Positions 39,501 to 50,100 of a stretch of DNA of 64,000 nucleotides are shown here, in pieces. The number at the start of each line of letters is the position of its first letter. Position 1 is the first letter of the stretch. Source of the DNA: Fimbriosthenelais zetlandica (taxonomy: Eukaryota). The translations under genes were made by a program, and so were the position numbers. Below the pieces are notes generated by a model. That model was given only the letters and a program-made list of their open reading frames with translations, was not told where the DNA came from and did not search any database. The stretch covers positions 53,630,001 to 53,694,000 of the forward strand of contig OZ365109.1 in assembly GCA_977030845.1 (NCBI GenBank), given 5' to 3'.

Positions 39501-42490
39501 AGATTTCCAAGCAGGCATTTTATAGAAGTAATTAGTGATCAATATCCTCAAGGAAACAATTTATTCCCAATTGTTTCAGAATATGAATCAAAGAGAGATG
39601 TGGGTTCCCCGTTCACAGGTACAAATTCCAGGCCAAAAATGTTCCTTTTGTCCGTTGCTATGGCAACCACAATGAGAGAGGCGCCCTCTCAGATTAGCAT
39701 TGATTTCCGTTCATGAACGTAAACGGCCAAAGACATTAGATGGGTTTAACAAAGGAAATACGGAGGGAAATTGTGATAAATTGACTGAAGGTTGTGCTCC
39801 ACAATTTCCTTAAGTATTTCAAGATTGAGAGTTGAGAGACCAAAGACAGTGAGAGTATTTTGAGCTATAATCATCATTCAAGTAATTTTTCTGAGCATTG
39901 TCATTGATATAGACCAAAGTTAATCGAGAACAAGCGTGACAGAGAGGGAACTGTAGTGGTTAAGAAAAGCGAAGACTACTACTGCGTGCCACGTTTTGTT
40001 GGTATAATAATGATGCAAAGGGAGGGTACACAAATCAAGTAATAGTTTTGAGTAATAGTTGTTCAACAGTATGTATTGATGTTAATCTTAGATAGATAAA
40101 AATTAATTTTTATAGATCAGTACAGGATAAGGGATTTATAGGACAGTATAATATTTTAAGAATCTCTCCTGTCTTTGCATGTTTTCTTCTTGATATGTCT
40201 TGAAAAGAATCCCTTAAAAGGAAGCAAAACATCATGGGTGTAGGACCTCTGGTCTCTTTTAGAGAGCAGTCATTCATAAGGAAGATCTATGGTAGGTCTC
40301 CATTTAGAACATGTCCTATATAGTACCTTAACCCTAAACACCACAGGTCCATGTTTGAAAAGACAGGCAATTTATCTTCTAGTACAGCTGGTATTGGACG
40401 GCGGTTTTGAGTTCTCAAAGGCCAAACTGTTGAGCTGATGCTGATCAATTTAATACTTCTACCATTGATCTAAAATATAGTGGACATTAAATCTGACACC
40501 AATATGAACGAACAGTCATTCAGCTTGCCATGAGATAGAAACTTTGACCAACATTCATTTTAGTGAATCCTGCATCACAGAATTTCAATCATAATGTCAG
40601 AAAGTTTTTTCACATAAGCCATGACATACCAAGGAGGAAGGCATCATAATAAGTTGGATCAAGCATGACCGAGGCAGGCTACTCATCTCATCCTCAGGGG
40701 AAATGGCAATTAAGATCTGACCACAAAAGATTAAGCACAAACCTGATGTATTTATGCCATTAAGCTTTCCATGTCAATGAGCTTTCATTAAGCTTACCAT
40801 GTCCCTGCGGTTAGTGAATAGCCTTGAAAATGTTAACAAGCTGCCATAAATATCAAAGCAGCCTGTCAACACAGGCACTACAGGTCCCCTCCACAAGGTG
40901 TTGACGCTTATGAAGGTTCATTAAAATTTAAATAAAATACCAATCTATTAATAATGGCCAATATGTCCTATAATTATAGGTATAATAATATAACGATAGG
41001 ACAAATTACAGACTAATTAATTCATTATTAAAACGAATTCTGTGGCATATATTGAATATTAGAGTCAATTCTCAGGCAGAAAGTAGTATTTTGCCACGAG
41101 GATCTATAGAGTGCTTTTCATTCCATTACATGCAGACGATGAAGTTCAAAAGCACAAAATACAAAGCTTGCTTTATTCATCCCGTGGGAAATTACATACC
41201 ATACTAATTAGTGCTTAACTGGATCAATAAACCCCGTATTACGCGGTAAAGAGGTAAGGATTTTCAATGTTAAACAATGCACTGGAACCCAAAGAGGAAA
41301 GATTAGGGTTTGAAATCTTACTGTAAATGGGTTAAAATTTGCTGCCATGATGCCTGATGAATTTGATGTACCTTCAAATCTTTACAATATGTATTCAGGC
41401 CGTTTTTTTCTCGAATGAAACACTTCTATATGACATTGAGGAAAGACTGTCTATGACCAGAATATTTCAAACCATATAAGCATAGGCTAAGCCATGTCTA
41501 AGGAAGTGCAATGAGGACTGCAATCTAAATACAGTTGTCAATCCAATCTGACAGAGGAAATCCGGGTCAGTCAGGCTCTCAATATGGCAGTACTGGCCTA
41601 TGTTTGAGGGGAATATCCTGAATCTTTATGCGTTTTTGTAATATCTAAATCAAGGCCAAGGGTTCTGAGGGCAGAAAGAGAAAGCTATGTTCATGAGCAA
41701 ATATCAAGATTCCATTTCAAATCATCGTTTCCTGAGTTCGGACAAGGCCTTTTTTTAATGGTTTCTCAGCTGAACTTGTTTATGTGACAATTCTCAGCGG
41801 TTCCAGATTTACATAGCTTTCACTAATCCCAAGGCTAAACTGAAACAAATTCTTCTTGCTGATCAGCTCAAAGAAATCCCTTGAAATAAGAGATTTAGCT
41901 TCTATTCCCTCAGCTGCGCGCTGGGTTCAGAACAGCATCCAATTTGTGTGGACTGCTGTGTTTCCTCTAATCCAGAGCTTAGAGAAATAACTCAAGTCTT
42001 CACACCGCTGTTTAAAGCCTTTCTCAAACTCCTTCCTCTTCACAAAATCTGTTCTATTCTCTATGGCGAACTTCTGGGAATTCATTCCAAGCCAGCCCGA
42101 GTTCCTTCCAGTCCATCCTATTTCCAAACTTTTCAAATCAAAAACTACAAATGGAATATATATACTAGAATCGCTATGATGAATTTCCAACCTAAGTAGT
42201 ATAATATTAGTCCATTGACTCAGGCTGGAGTGTAGGTCATCAATCACGGACACCAATCCATCCATCTATAAAGTGATCAGTGCTAGAGAAAGAAGCACAG
42301 AAAGAAAGGCAATCTACTTACCTAATGGCTTTTCAAGCGTCTTGTTCGGGCTTCTTACGACGGGTAAGCTTGACCTAAGTCGTCCCCCTCGCAGGAAGCC
42401 CCCTTCCCCCATCATCTCGTCTTCTGACCCCTCTCCAACCTCGGGCGGACCCGGGTGTCCAGCAGCCTTCTTCTGCTCCTCTGCTCGCCT
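1..42490 (-). CDS. SRCIN1/KIAA1217-like: Spliced core CDS of an SRCIN1/KIAA1217 (sickle tail)/CG32809-family actin- and Src-regulatory scaffold; 13 exons, 3' end outside the window
   Basis: join on minus strand: 42490-42322, 31842-31644, 19448-19265, 12989-12794, 9565-9400, 8958-8810, 3832-3642, 3401-3283, 2924-2794, 2410-2335, 1444-1361, 896-752, 525-1. Total 2334 nt = 778 codons, no stop, all GT-AG with matched phases. Recognised family motifs: RSSLPVVRSPNKTLEKPLGLVFL..ETKRALLPNEVTSIDTVRALFVRSFP, YYELEDLKDVKDRAVLKIY, RSGSATP..RMDKMEAQLANL, EMEVVVREEK, RCKKLTGTLYTLKRLASVQ (family assignment from recall, not a database search). Confidence 0.93.
752..896 (-). CDS. Core exon 12: (R)LASVQDEKNPQP...LLENIQAMVPDHQARVQSLE
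   Basis: Acceptor ttttgttatcag, donor gtaatt; phase 2 to 0; family-like PDH..R motif. Confidence 0.92.
1361..1444 (-). CDS. Core exon 11: (K)YIQLEAQRLDTSLKRCKKLTGTLYTLK(R)
   Basis: Acceptor attaatag, donor gtgagg; phase 2 to 2; conserved RCKKLTGTL motif. Absent from the ORF track. Confidence 0.92.
2335..2410 (-). CDS. Core exon 10: (G)KYPLLTEQMKSVMAGEMEVVVREE(K)
   Basis: Acceptor tctctttccag, donor gtgagt; phase 1 to 2; EMEVVVREEK motif. Confidence 0.92.
2794..2924 (-). CDS. Core exon 9: DLESAVEELRSDVLNKKCRVQNTEVESMALALSNISKALADLK
   Basis: Acceptor ttaatttttcag, donor gtgagt; phase 2 to 1; coiled-coil, family-like. Confidence 0.92.
3283..3401 (-). CDS. Core exon 8: EVLSTVPGAQDVPVRASRARVDHSMKVYNDDTKRVEQDL
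   Basis: Acceptor tcttttcag, donor gtaagt; phase 0 to 2. Confidence 0.9.
3642..3832 (-). CDS. Core exon 7: LSDVSSATPTPQP...KELKSELRHLRRMQLANAESMRETFQQTFLKIK
   Basis: Acceptor tgtttcag, donor gtgagt; phase 1 to 0; coiled-coil. Confidence 0.92.
8810..8958 (-). CDS. Core exon 6: RNRMDKMEAQLANLAAWVQTAVVQREPGG...SDTSAKS
   Basis: Tandem acceptor ttttttag/cag, donor gtcagt; phase 2 to 1; corresponds to the family ME.QxAxL motif. Confidence 0.9.
9400..9565 (-). CDS. Core exon 5: (M)GIIPNQRHSVAYIPEGG...DYYEGSSRSGSATPTASDQEA(S)
   Basis: Acceptor cttcctctttcag, donor gtgagt; phase 1 to 2; RSGSATP motif. Confidence 0.88.
11104..11155 (-). other. Candidate non-coding alternative first exon, GC-rich, ending ...ggcggcgcacA|gtgagt (5' end uncertain)
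   Basis: No internal ATG; consensus donor at 11103-11098; its last A plus TG of exon 9565 forms an in-frame AUG. Confidence 0.5.
11156..11183 (-). promoter_or_regulatory. Paired CRE sites (TGACGTCA 11161-11168, TGACGTAA 11176-11183) followed by a TATAT element on the minus strand
   Basis: Read directly from sequence; immediately upstream of the candidate exon ending at 11104. Confidence 0.6.
12794..12989 (-). CDS. Core exon 4: AKAASLPAQSNFIYQQEMAQYG...SSPSRTHPIPQ (Pro/Ser/Gln-rich linker)
   Basis: Acceptor gtctttgcag, donor gtgagt; phase 0 to 1 bridges its neighbours; GC-rich relative to the intron. Confidence 0.82.
13283..13298. repeat. (AG)8 microsatellite
   Basis: Direct read. Confidence 0.85.
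15228..15360. repeat. Degenerate minisatellite, core GCAGYTYGR..CAR, 21-nt spacing at 15277/15298/15319 with looser copies at 15228, 15246, 15344
   Basis: gcagcttggagccagt / gcagctcgggtccagt / gcagtttgagaccaat / gcagcttggattcagt. Confidence 0.6.
19265..19448 (-). CDS. Core exon 3: (K)DVKDRAVLKIYETEAPSVRSPSRSP...PPRNFDQ
   Basis: Acceptor ctttctttgcag, donor gtaagt; phase 2 to 0; continues the domain from exon 2. Confidence 0.92.
23570..23652 (-). CDS. Candidate alternative first coding exon MDELNRLYVYKARPGRDQMLPKIAYYR(R)
   Basis: Strong Kozak accATGG, upstream in-frame stop, donor aag|gtaagg in phase 2 matching exon 19448. Confidence 0.58.
24648..24683 (+). repeat. G-rich (GGGAGT)n repeat, G-quadruplex-forming motif
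   Basis: Six runs of three or more G. Confidence 0.6.
26299..26385. repeat. Local duplication: tctttgttcagccgtg twice (26325, 26362) with tgatacatt three times
   Basis: Direct read. Confidence 0.7.
31644..31842 (-). CDS. Core exon 2: (G)LVFLIHRNETKRALLPNEVTSIDTVRALFVRSFPESLSMVYFEAPTRKIYVLDQATNVYYELEDL(K); AIP3-like domain
   Basis: Acceptor ttgtttcag, donor gtaagt; phase 1 to 2; the most conserved block of the family. Confidence 0.95.
33643..33656. promoter_or_regulatory. RFX X-box, one mismatch (TTAACCATGGCAAC), in a GC-rich island with E-box CACGTG at 33690-33695
   Basis: Match to GTNRCC(N0-3)RGYAAC except the first base. Confidence 0.4.
36935..37010 (-). CDS. Candidate alternative first coding exon MCLLGCCCGCCRKRRPVTVEYTKAR(G)
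   Basis: In-frame tga then gccATG; donor gag|gtaaat in phase 1 matching exon 31842; Cys cluster plus basic patch. Confidence 0.62.
37276..37359. promoter_or_regulatory. RFX/E-box cluster: half-sites GTTGCTAAGG and GTTGCTATGG, X-box GTAACCAGGGTAAC (37313-37326), CACGTG at 37335 and 37354
   Basis: Read from sequence; about 270-350 nt upstream of the MCLLG ATG on the minus strand. Confidence 0.55.
39654..39667. promoter_or_regulatory. RFX X-box GTTGCTATGGCAAC
   Basis: Canonical 14-mer X-box. Confidence 0.55.
42322..42490 (-). CDS. Core exon 1: RRAEEQKKAAGHPGPPEVGEGSEDEMMGEGGFLRGGRLRSSLPVVRSPNKTLEKPL(G)
   Basis: Acceptor ggtttccag, donor gtaagt; phase 0 to 1; RSSLPVVR motif. Confidence 0.93.
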
Positions 42491-42884
42491 CTGGAAACCA
42501 ATTGAAATTCTCACTTTAAACTGATAATCTCAGTGAAATATATAGATTGTATAGATTATGGTAAATAAATAGATGTAGAATTAATAATTAGGGCTTGTTA
42601 GTTACTGACACATTTGGAAATGGCTAAATTATGAAGAATCATAAACAAAATAGCCTGGTGATAGATCTATACCTATTTTGTCAATATTGTACATATAAAT
42701 TAGCAATCCAAACTGAACGGTAATAATTAAGGATTTTAGTTAGAAAATATTGACAATGTCATCTGAAAGAATACCGAAGCGGCAATTGGGAAGAAACAAT
42801 TCAAATGTTATGAGACACTTCCTGGATGAAGTTCCTACATTATTGTAGAATATACAATAGGCCGTCAATCCATGGATATCCAAG

Positions 42885-42924
42885 GTTGTTTACACCAGAG
42901 AGACGTTGTTTACACCAGAGAGAC
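42885..42924. repeat. Perfect 20-bp tandem duplication gttgtttacaccagagagac x2, each copy with a Forkhead core TGTTTAC
   Basis: Direct read. Confidence 0.85.
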
Positions 42925-44749
42925 TGCACCTCCAGGGACCGGATGTATAGCAGATCTGTAACAAGCCAATCTGCAGGGGTTTGAAAACGGCTGGACAAGA
43001 CTGGCGCCCTGAGCAAAAAGATGATCTACAAGAGACTCAATCTTCCCAGATATTTGCAAGTGTTGGCACAAGAGACTTCTCAGCACTGCTATATATATGA
43101 CTCAGAGTGATGGACTATAAGGAAGCATCTAGGCAACAGCAACTTGAATGTCATGTATGTGCAGGAGGTCATAACCACAGGATTCGATTGATATACTAAA
43201 TATCAAAATATGCAGTTTTTGATTTTCAATAATTTAGGCTACCTCATAAATATTTAATAAATCTTCATGACATTACAGATGGGACAAGTTCAGCTGAAAT
43301 AAAATAAATTAGTTTTCAGATGGACTATGAATTTTAGCTGAATTATGAGCAGAGCCACTCTCACGCGAGTCCTGCATTATATCATATATTGCCTATTCCA
43401 GCCGAATCATCCGCACCTCACCTTCCACAGGGTGTGAAGCACGTGGTGGGGAGGACATCAATGTACATGGCTGGCATTCACAGGAAATTATTTCCCACCC
43501 ACTTGCTGGCTGATATAACATACTCATAAATAGGGAGTTCTGTCTGGTCTACTGTATGTATAAATACAGTTGGCGCCAGATTATAGAACCCATCAGCATT
43601 TTATCCTTATCGGAAAAATATTAGATTTTGCAGTTGTCCATAACTATCCCAAAAAAACGCATGATGAATCTGTATCTAGATCGAAGATAAGTTCCTCGGG
43701 AACACGATCTCTTCGAATGAGCCATATGATTATCAGAGTTGCGCGAAGAAACTGGAGAAACAGTACACCCTGTCAGCTCTCCATTTCCCAGCCTTCTCGC
43801 AAGGCAGCAATGATATTTTTACATGTCTCACACAAAATACAGTGCGAGAATATGGCTGGCCATTTAGATGACCATCAGCATAGGGTACATGGGAAATGTG
43901 GCTAGCCTTTGAATATACCCAGTTAACATTACTGGTCTGGTTCTGTCTATGCCACCCTCAGGGGACTGGCAAGTATTAATTGGTAGAGAATGTGAATGTT
44001 TGCCAAATAAGATGAATCTCCCATCTAGAAAATCTACCCCTTCATATTTAACACGTACTATAGAGAGCTTTATAGTGCCCTAAGCCTCCCGTGCTAGATG
44101 AAGGCGGCACATCTCTCTGATGCCATGAAAAGGGATGAAATAGGATGGGAGGGATTTCCCTTTGGAGGAAAGGGTAATACCCTGGTAGTATTTCCACATC
44201 TGTCGCGTTATAAATACAGTGGAATATAACTTAATGATCACTTCATTAACCCGACCATCTCATTCTGCGACGGTGAGGACCAAATAGTTCCAGCAGGACT
44301 AACGCCTATAGGTCTGTACGTTACCAAAATAGTTCAATCATGGTCGTTTTAGTGAGAGTCCACTGTATATCCCTCCTCTGGACATTAGGTTTAATGTATC
44401 AGTACCTAAACCATCACTAGATCTACGATTCATGTGGCACGTTGGACTATTGCTAAAGCCATCTCGATGTTCTCTTGGACGTGTAAATGCCAGGCATTTA
44501 ACAGGTCACGCGAGGGAACAGAGGACTGCTGCATTAAATCAGCTGTATTGAATAGCGTTATTTCAGCAGGAAAGGACTCTGTCCATTGCTTATAGGCCTG
44601 GTGGATAGCCAATCATTCTGAATAGACCAGCCTATATATACATTTATAAATTTCCTGATATAAGACAGTGGTATTTATTTTGATTTACTAGGCCCCTAAG
44701 ACCATCAGTTGAACATGCCACATCTGAATATATTTGAGTGAAATAACCT

Positions 44750-44763
44750 GTTGCCATGGTAAC
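44750..44763. promoter_or_regulatory. RFX X-box GTTGCCATGGTAAC
   Basis: Canonical 14-mer X-box. Confidence 0.55.
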
Positions 44764-47700
44764 ATTTCTTCAGTTTGTTTACCTGTTACTAAGCGTCGTG
44801 ATTATCATTTGAGTGATCTACCAAATATCAATGGTCACAAGAACTACTAAGAAAAAGGATGCAAAAATTGTCCTACTTAACACGGTGATTTGTTTTCCAA
44901 AATATTGACTGAGAATATAATGTACTTTTATAATGATAATAATATATTTCTAAATGAAAATGCGTAAAGTCAGATATAGGATTATCACAAGTGCAGTAAA
45001 TACGAGAAACTTCTATGCATATAAGATAAACACAGAATGGTTAAGGCAATAAATGGGTGTACAGGGGGTAGATTGGTGTTGTAGGAGATAGCACTGATAC
45101 CCGAGGATGAAGGAAAGGTAGTAATTAGTGGCATGGAGCAGGCAGTGGGTGAGAAGAAAGGCTGGGTGGGATGAGGCATCGGAAATATCTACAGCAAACA
45201 AAGCATGGGGACAGCTACAAGCCCAGCAATTCAGGCCCAGCTACTGGCCTCCAACCTCAATCACTGCTAAAATATTTGTCATTCGTCAAGCAAAAGATAG
45301 CACCCACATACAATGTACACAAGAGGAGAATACTCGTGAATATCAGAAAAATGTTAATTTTGCGAGAGGATAAATTGGTAAAAATGAGACGATAATGAGA
45401 AGTGAAAGAGAGGGGAATCAAATGGTATGAAACAGGGGAATGAATGGACTCCGATTTGCCACACAGATCTATAAATCTGCAGGAGTGGATGCAATCGGAT
45501 TCTATGTTCATAATAATGAGAGAATTGTGGCATATATAACGGTTCTAGCCTACACCATGCAGCAGACAATCCGTAATGAAAATCCCAATAACTGACAGTG
45601 CCAGATCCTAATGAGACACCCACAGAACGACTGATAGCAGAAAATGTAATAAAAGATAAGAACGGTAATAAAAGGGGGAGATACCCCAGAGAGATAAGTT
45701 AGTATACTGCACAAGATAAGGAGGAGTAATGTAGCCATATAACAAGTTCTTTATCCCTTGGAGAATCGGGGAATTCTTGTTCGCCCGGGATAAAGGGAAA
45801 TGAAGTAATGAAAATTTTCCAAGAGTGAAAAGTACTGTACCTCATACTCGGCCCAATGTGAATGCTAGTGATACGGTTTCGACATAGACAGGCACAAAAT
45901 AAAAATGGAAGTGGGCAGGGTGGTTTGGGGTATTGGTTTTGGTAGAAAATAATTGTAATGATAATTATGGTTTTTGTAATAATCCAAATTTGAGACGAAA
46001 ATGATTATAAAGCACAAAAGCAAAGCATTGTAGACATAGACAGGACAGATACATGTGGTGAAAAAGAGAAAAGATCAGATTTTAAATAATTTTCACGTGC
46101 AATGAATCATGACAAAATATTTCAAATAGGATAAAGTTATCAAATTATTGGTGAATATTTAACCAATCAATTGGATTAACGTTGCATTCAGAAATCAATT
46201 GCCGTTTAATTGAGGAAAAGCCGCGATATCAATATTTAGATCAAATTTTAATTGAATGCAAAATGTATGACAAATCATTGGGATTGTTGCCTGCATATGA
46301 AACACAAATGACATCACATTGGTCCTTTTCAGACTATTTTGTAAGAAATAATTTACGGTTCACATGATGAAATGGCACAAATTTTATTTTGTAGAGATCG
46401 CCGTCTCAAGCTATAAAATCTGACCAATAAACAAAATATCGACCAAACAGTCCGAAGCCAAAGCAGGCAAGAGTTTCTTAGAAAAAAAAATTAAAATCTT
46501 GGGGAGAAATCCAACGCCTGAGGAGACACCCAAAGCCTTGTGACATTTGCAACACAATGCATTTGCTTTTGAAATCAGATAAGGGTTAAACCGGAGGTGG
46601 AAAAAGTGTAAGACCAGGTTTTAAGTTGAAACTTGCTCAACACATTTTATCGCCACAGGTCATCATCATGTCCCTAGTTTTAATAATTGTTCTGCTTGTT
46701 TTCTCTGTCCATTGTCAATTAGTTGCAAGCAGTTTTGCTGCACTTTATTATGGGCTAAGTATCTTTAAGGATCTTCTTTTTCAGACATTCAAGCATAATT
46801 ATGCTTCAATAAATCAGAAATACCAGAAGTCAAAAATAGAAAAAAAACCATGAATGTCCAGAATGATGGGGGCTTGAAAATGGAATCTCCCAGTAGACCT
46901 GTGTAATCGAAACTCGAACCAAGTCGCCAGTCCATGTTGTTTTCCTATACAACTTAAGGCGACAGGCATCATGAGTCAGTATGCACTTTTAGACCCTCTG
47001 ACCTCCACCTCCATTACCAACCTCATATCCTTATTGTGTGTGTCCAATATGAACATAAAACATTTTAGTCCAGGAAAAGGACATAAAATAGTCTGCAAGG
47101 ACCCCCTGCAGGGAGGTGGTTATTGAATAATAACCGCCCGGAAGCTGACTCTTAAGAGTGAATGAGTGAAACATGTTGGAATGACATGCGCACTGTTGTG
47201 ACGCCTGAATGCACGGCTCGCCTGCCCCATTATCGTCCAGCTGGAATGATTCAAGTCAGGTTACCAAGGCAGCAATGATCAAATGGGGGACACATCGTCA
47301 AAATACCCCTAAAATGATACCATCCTTTTAGCCAAATGCTGTTTAGGCCCTTGCAATAAATAATGTGTTATTTTGTAATGATATTTCATTTTGAAATCCC
47401 GTACAAGGCTGTGCTCTCTAACGTTATTTTAGGATCTCCTAATGAATAATTTGATTCATTCTGCAGTATTACATAGTGAAATTCTGTTATAATATAGATA
47501 AGCCCAGTAGGCAATATCAGTCCTTGTACAATATGTCATATGCAATGGCACTATGCCTAGTCTAAGGCATAGACTCAGAATCTTCTAGACCCATCTAATG
47601 GCCAGAAATATCGACAACAAGAGTCGTTTGTATACGCTCACTGCATATTGGAACATTGGCTGGCGACATCAAAACGTCCATTAAGAAATAAAACTCTGGA

Positions 47701-49498
47701 TTTATCACAGGCTATCTTTGCTTAGAGACACTAAACACAGATGGGATCCCAATGTTGTGTGCACAGATTATAATCAGAGCTGTAGTACATTTCTTCCCAA
47801 GGTAACCATTAAGACCCCCTCCCCCGTCAGACAGCCTCCTAGGTAGGTGCATACTCTCTACTTTATGGACCTCTGAACAAGCATCAGAGACCATTAAAGC
47901 ACCTCAATTCATTTTTTCTCAATGATAATGGCGCAAAGACTCATTAAAATGAAAATGAGTTAAAAAGATCTGCTTTGCATGTGGATAAGGTACATTGTTG
48001 CTATCGCTTTAACGTTTTTGTATTTTAATTAAGGGTAATGGTATAGGACTGGCATCAATGGATCAAGATCCCTTGCCTAATTGATCCAATTAGAAATTCA
48101 AGTCCATGAAATGCTTTACCATCATGGCCATAATCAACGCGGATTAGTGTGAAATATGAAGAAAGGGTTTAATGTAAACGATGCCTGCAGGTTTTGCCTT
48201 TCTTGAATCTGTGTACGTTAAATGTGTGATCTGGGCCTAAGGCTAAAGTTGATACCTTTGAACAATCAGTGAGTTCAGGAGCCGTAGCTTCGATCTCTTT
48301 AGAACAAAGCTTGGAATTTACATGAACACCTCCTAGGGCTCTTAAACATTGAAGAATGTATAACAACGGTGGCCTTTTTACCATGTTTTCTAGTCAGGAC
48401 ACTGTTCCTGGCATGATGCTGCTGGGGCTTCTACACTACACCGTGCTCACACCTACACACTAAGGAGCAGGTAAGAGGTTTTCTCTCAGCTTTCACCATG
48501 ATTGTGATATGCCGGAAGAGCAAACAAGACAGCACCCACTCACGATCACAGGCCTTCATTCTTAGATCGGGGAGAAGACACGCTGCTTATTGTCAGAGAT
48601 CAAAGGCGTTCACTGTGCATATAGCCGAGATGCCATCTCATAGATGAAAGGCTTAAAAAACACGCACTTGTAAGGCGGCAAAAACCCAAAAGTTCTACTT
48701 ATATGGAATAATTACAACTGCAGTGAACTTCGGAACATATATCAGTTGATATCAACTGAAGGACATTTCTCAAAATTAATGACAAAAAATGGCAAAAATG
48801 GGCATCGTAATAGCCCTTACCGTCAAAAGAAAACAAATGAAAGTCATATTTCCCCAATATTAATCCGTCTAAATGAAAAAGTACCACCATCCCCAAAACC
48901 CATAGCGCTTACTCTGATAAATCTGCTCAGTGAGGCTTTATATAAAGGAGCTAATTGGACACTGCAGCTTGGCACAATAGATACTTTATGATCGGCTTAG
49001 AAAGGACATGCAGGAGGCAGTCATGTAAATGAAGGCCTAATAAGTTATATTTATGAGCGCGTCTCGGTGCATCTAAGGCAGCAACAGGTTAAGTGTTATG
49101 TTCCACACACGGTGATTCCGACCACTCATAAATATCATTGTTTCATGGTCATACAAGACACCAAACATGTTAGGCTAATGGAAGTAAAGGGGGCAGGGAG
49201 AAGTGCAGGGTTGGTCTCTAACTAAATTCTCTTCATAGTCTCTAAAAGGGCAGTATTCATCTCTATCAGGGTCTTTCCCGTTTGCTTTCAAGATTGCAAG
49301 ATATATCTTTCAAGTAAAATAGGTCAATTTTAACTAATAGGTCTATTTTAACGATGACTCCGGTCCATTCCAGCCTCTTGAATTAAGGTGAAACATGTTT
49401 TACCTGTACTCACATGGCCTATAGATGTAGTATTGGAAATGGGATTTGTTTTACCTTATTGATGAAAATTGTAAGTTGACTTCAACACCAAAATAGAA

Positions 49499-49536
49499 AC
49501 TCACCTATAAAAGAGAAAATACAGAAAATAAGTCAC
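49499..49536 (-). other. Candidate recursive (zero-length exon) splice site ...gtgacttattttctgtattttctcttttatag|gtgagt
   Basis: Branch-like tgac, about 25-nt pyrimidine tract and AG (49506-49505) abutting a consensus donor GT (49504-49503), inside an 11.2-kb intron. Confidence 0.42.
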
Positions 49537-50076
49537 GGCAAGAACCAAGCAGTCAAGAAAAATGTTATACAACGTGATATTTTGGGAGGAGAGTATGAGT
49601 ATGGCATCGTCAGATTAATGTTGCGCAATTCAAAAACGGTTTTTCCTACGAAAGGGTTTATTTCAGCCTGTGAACACAACTGCATTTCACAGACTTTTCA
49701 GGCCTTTGAAGCCATATTGTATCACTAGATTAACTTTATTCCCAACAATGTAAATCAGTGTTTCCAAGAGCACACGCCTTTTTCCATTTTAAAAGACATT
49801 ACATAGACTAAGGTCATATACTTGTCCTTAATATACAGCCTGCGGATGCAGGACTGACGTGACACTTGCTGCAAACACGACACTCTTCTGCCATGAAAAC
49901 ATTATTGAATTGACCAGCAGTTGCAATATGCTGATTACAAACTCGGCAGAGGCAGGCATATGAATAGACCTGGGGCATACTGACTATAACGACCTATCTG
50001 AAACGGTGCCTCTGCTACCACGATGACAACTAGAAGAGCATTTAAGATTATGTGATGCAGGAGACATCTAGATTGT

Positions 50077-50100
50077 AGCCAAAACTCTAGCCAAAACTCA
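50077..50100. repeat. 12-bp tandem duplication tagccaaaactc x2
   Basis: Direct read. Confidence 0.75.

Noticed and set aside
43422-43477. ATG-to-donor segment MPAMYIDVLPTTCFTPCG, phase 2 (similar case near 44780)
   Set aside because: Lies downstream of the microexon and is out of frame with exon 42490 (phase 0).
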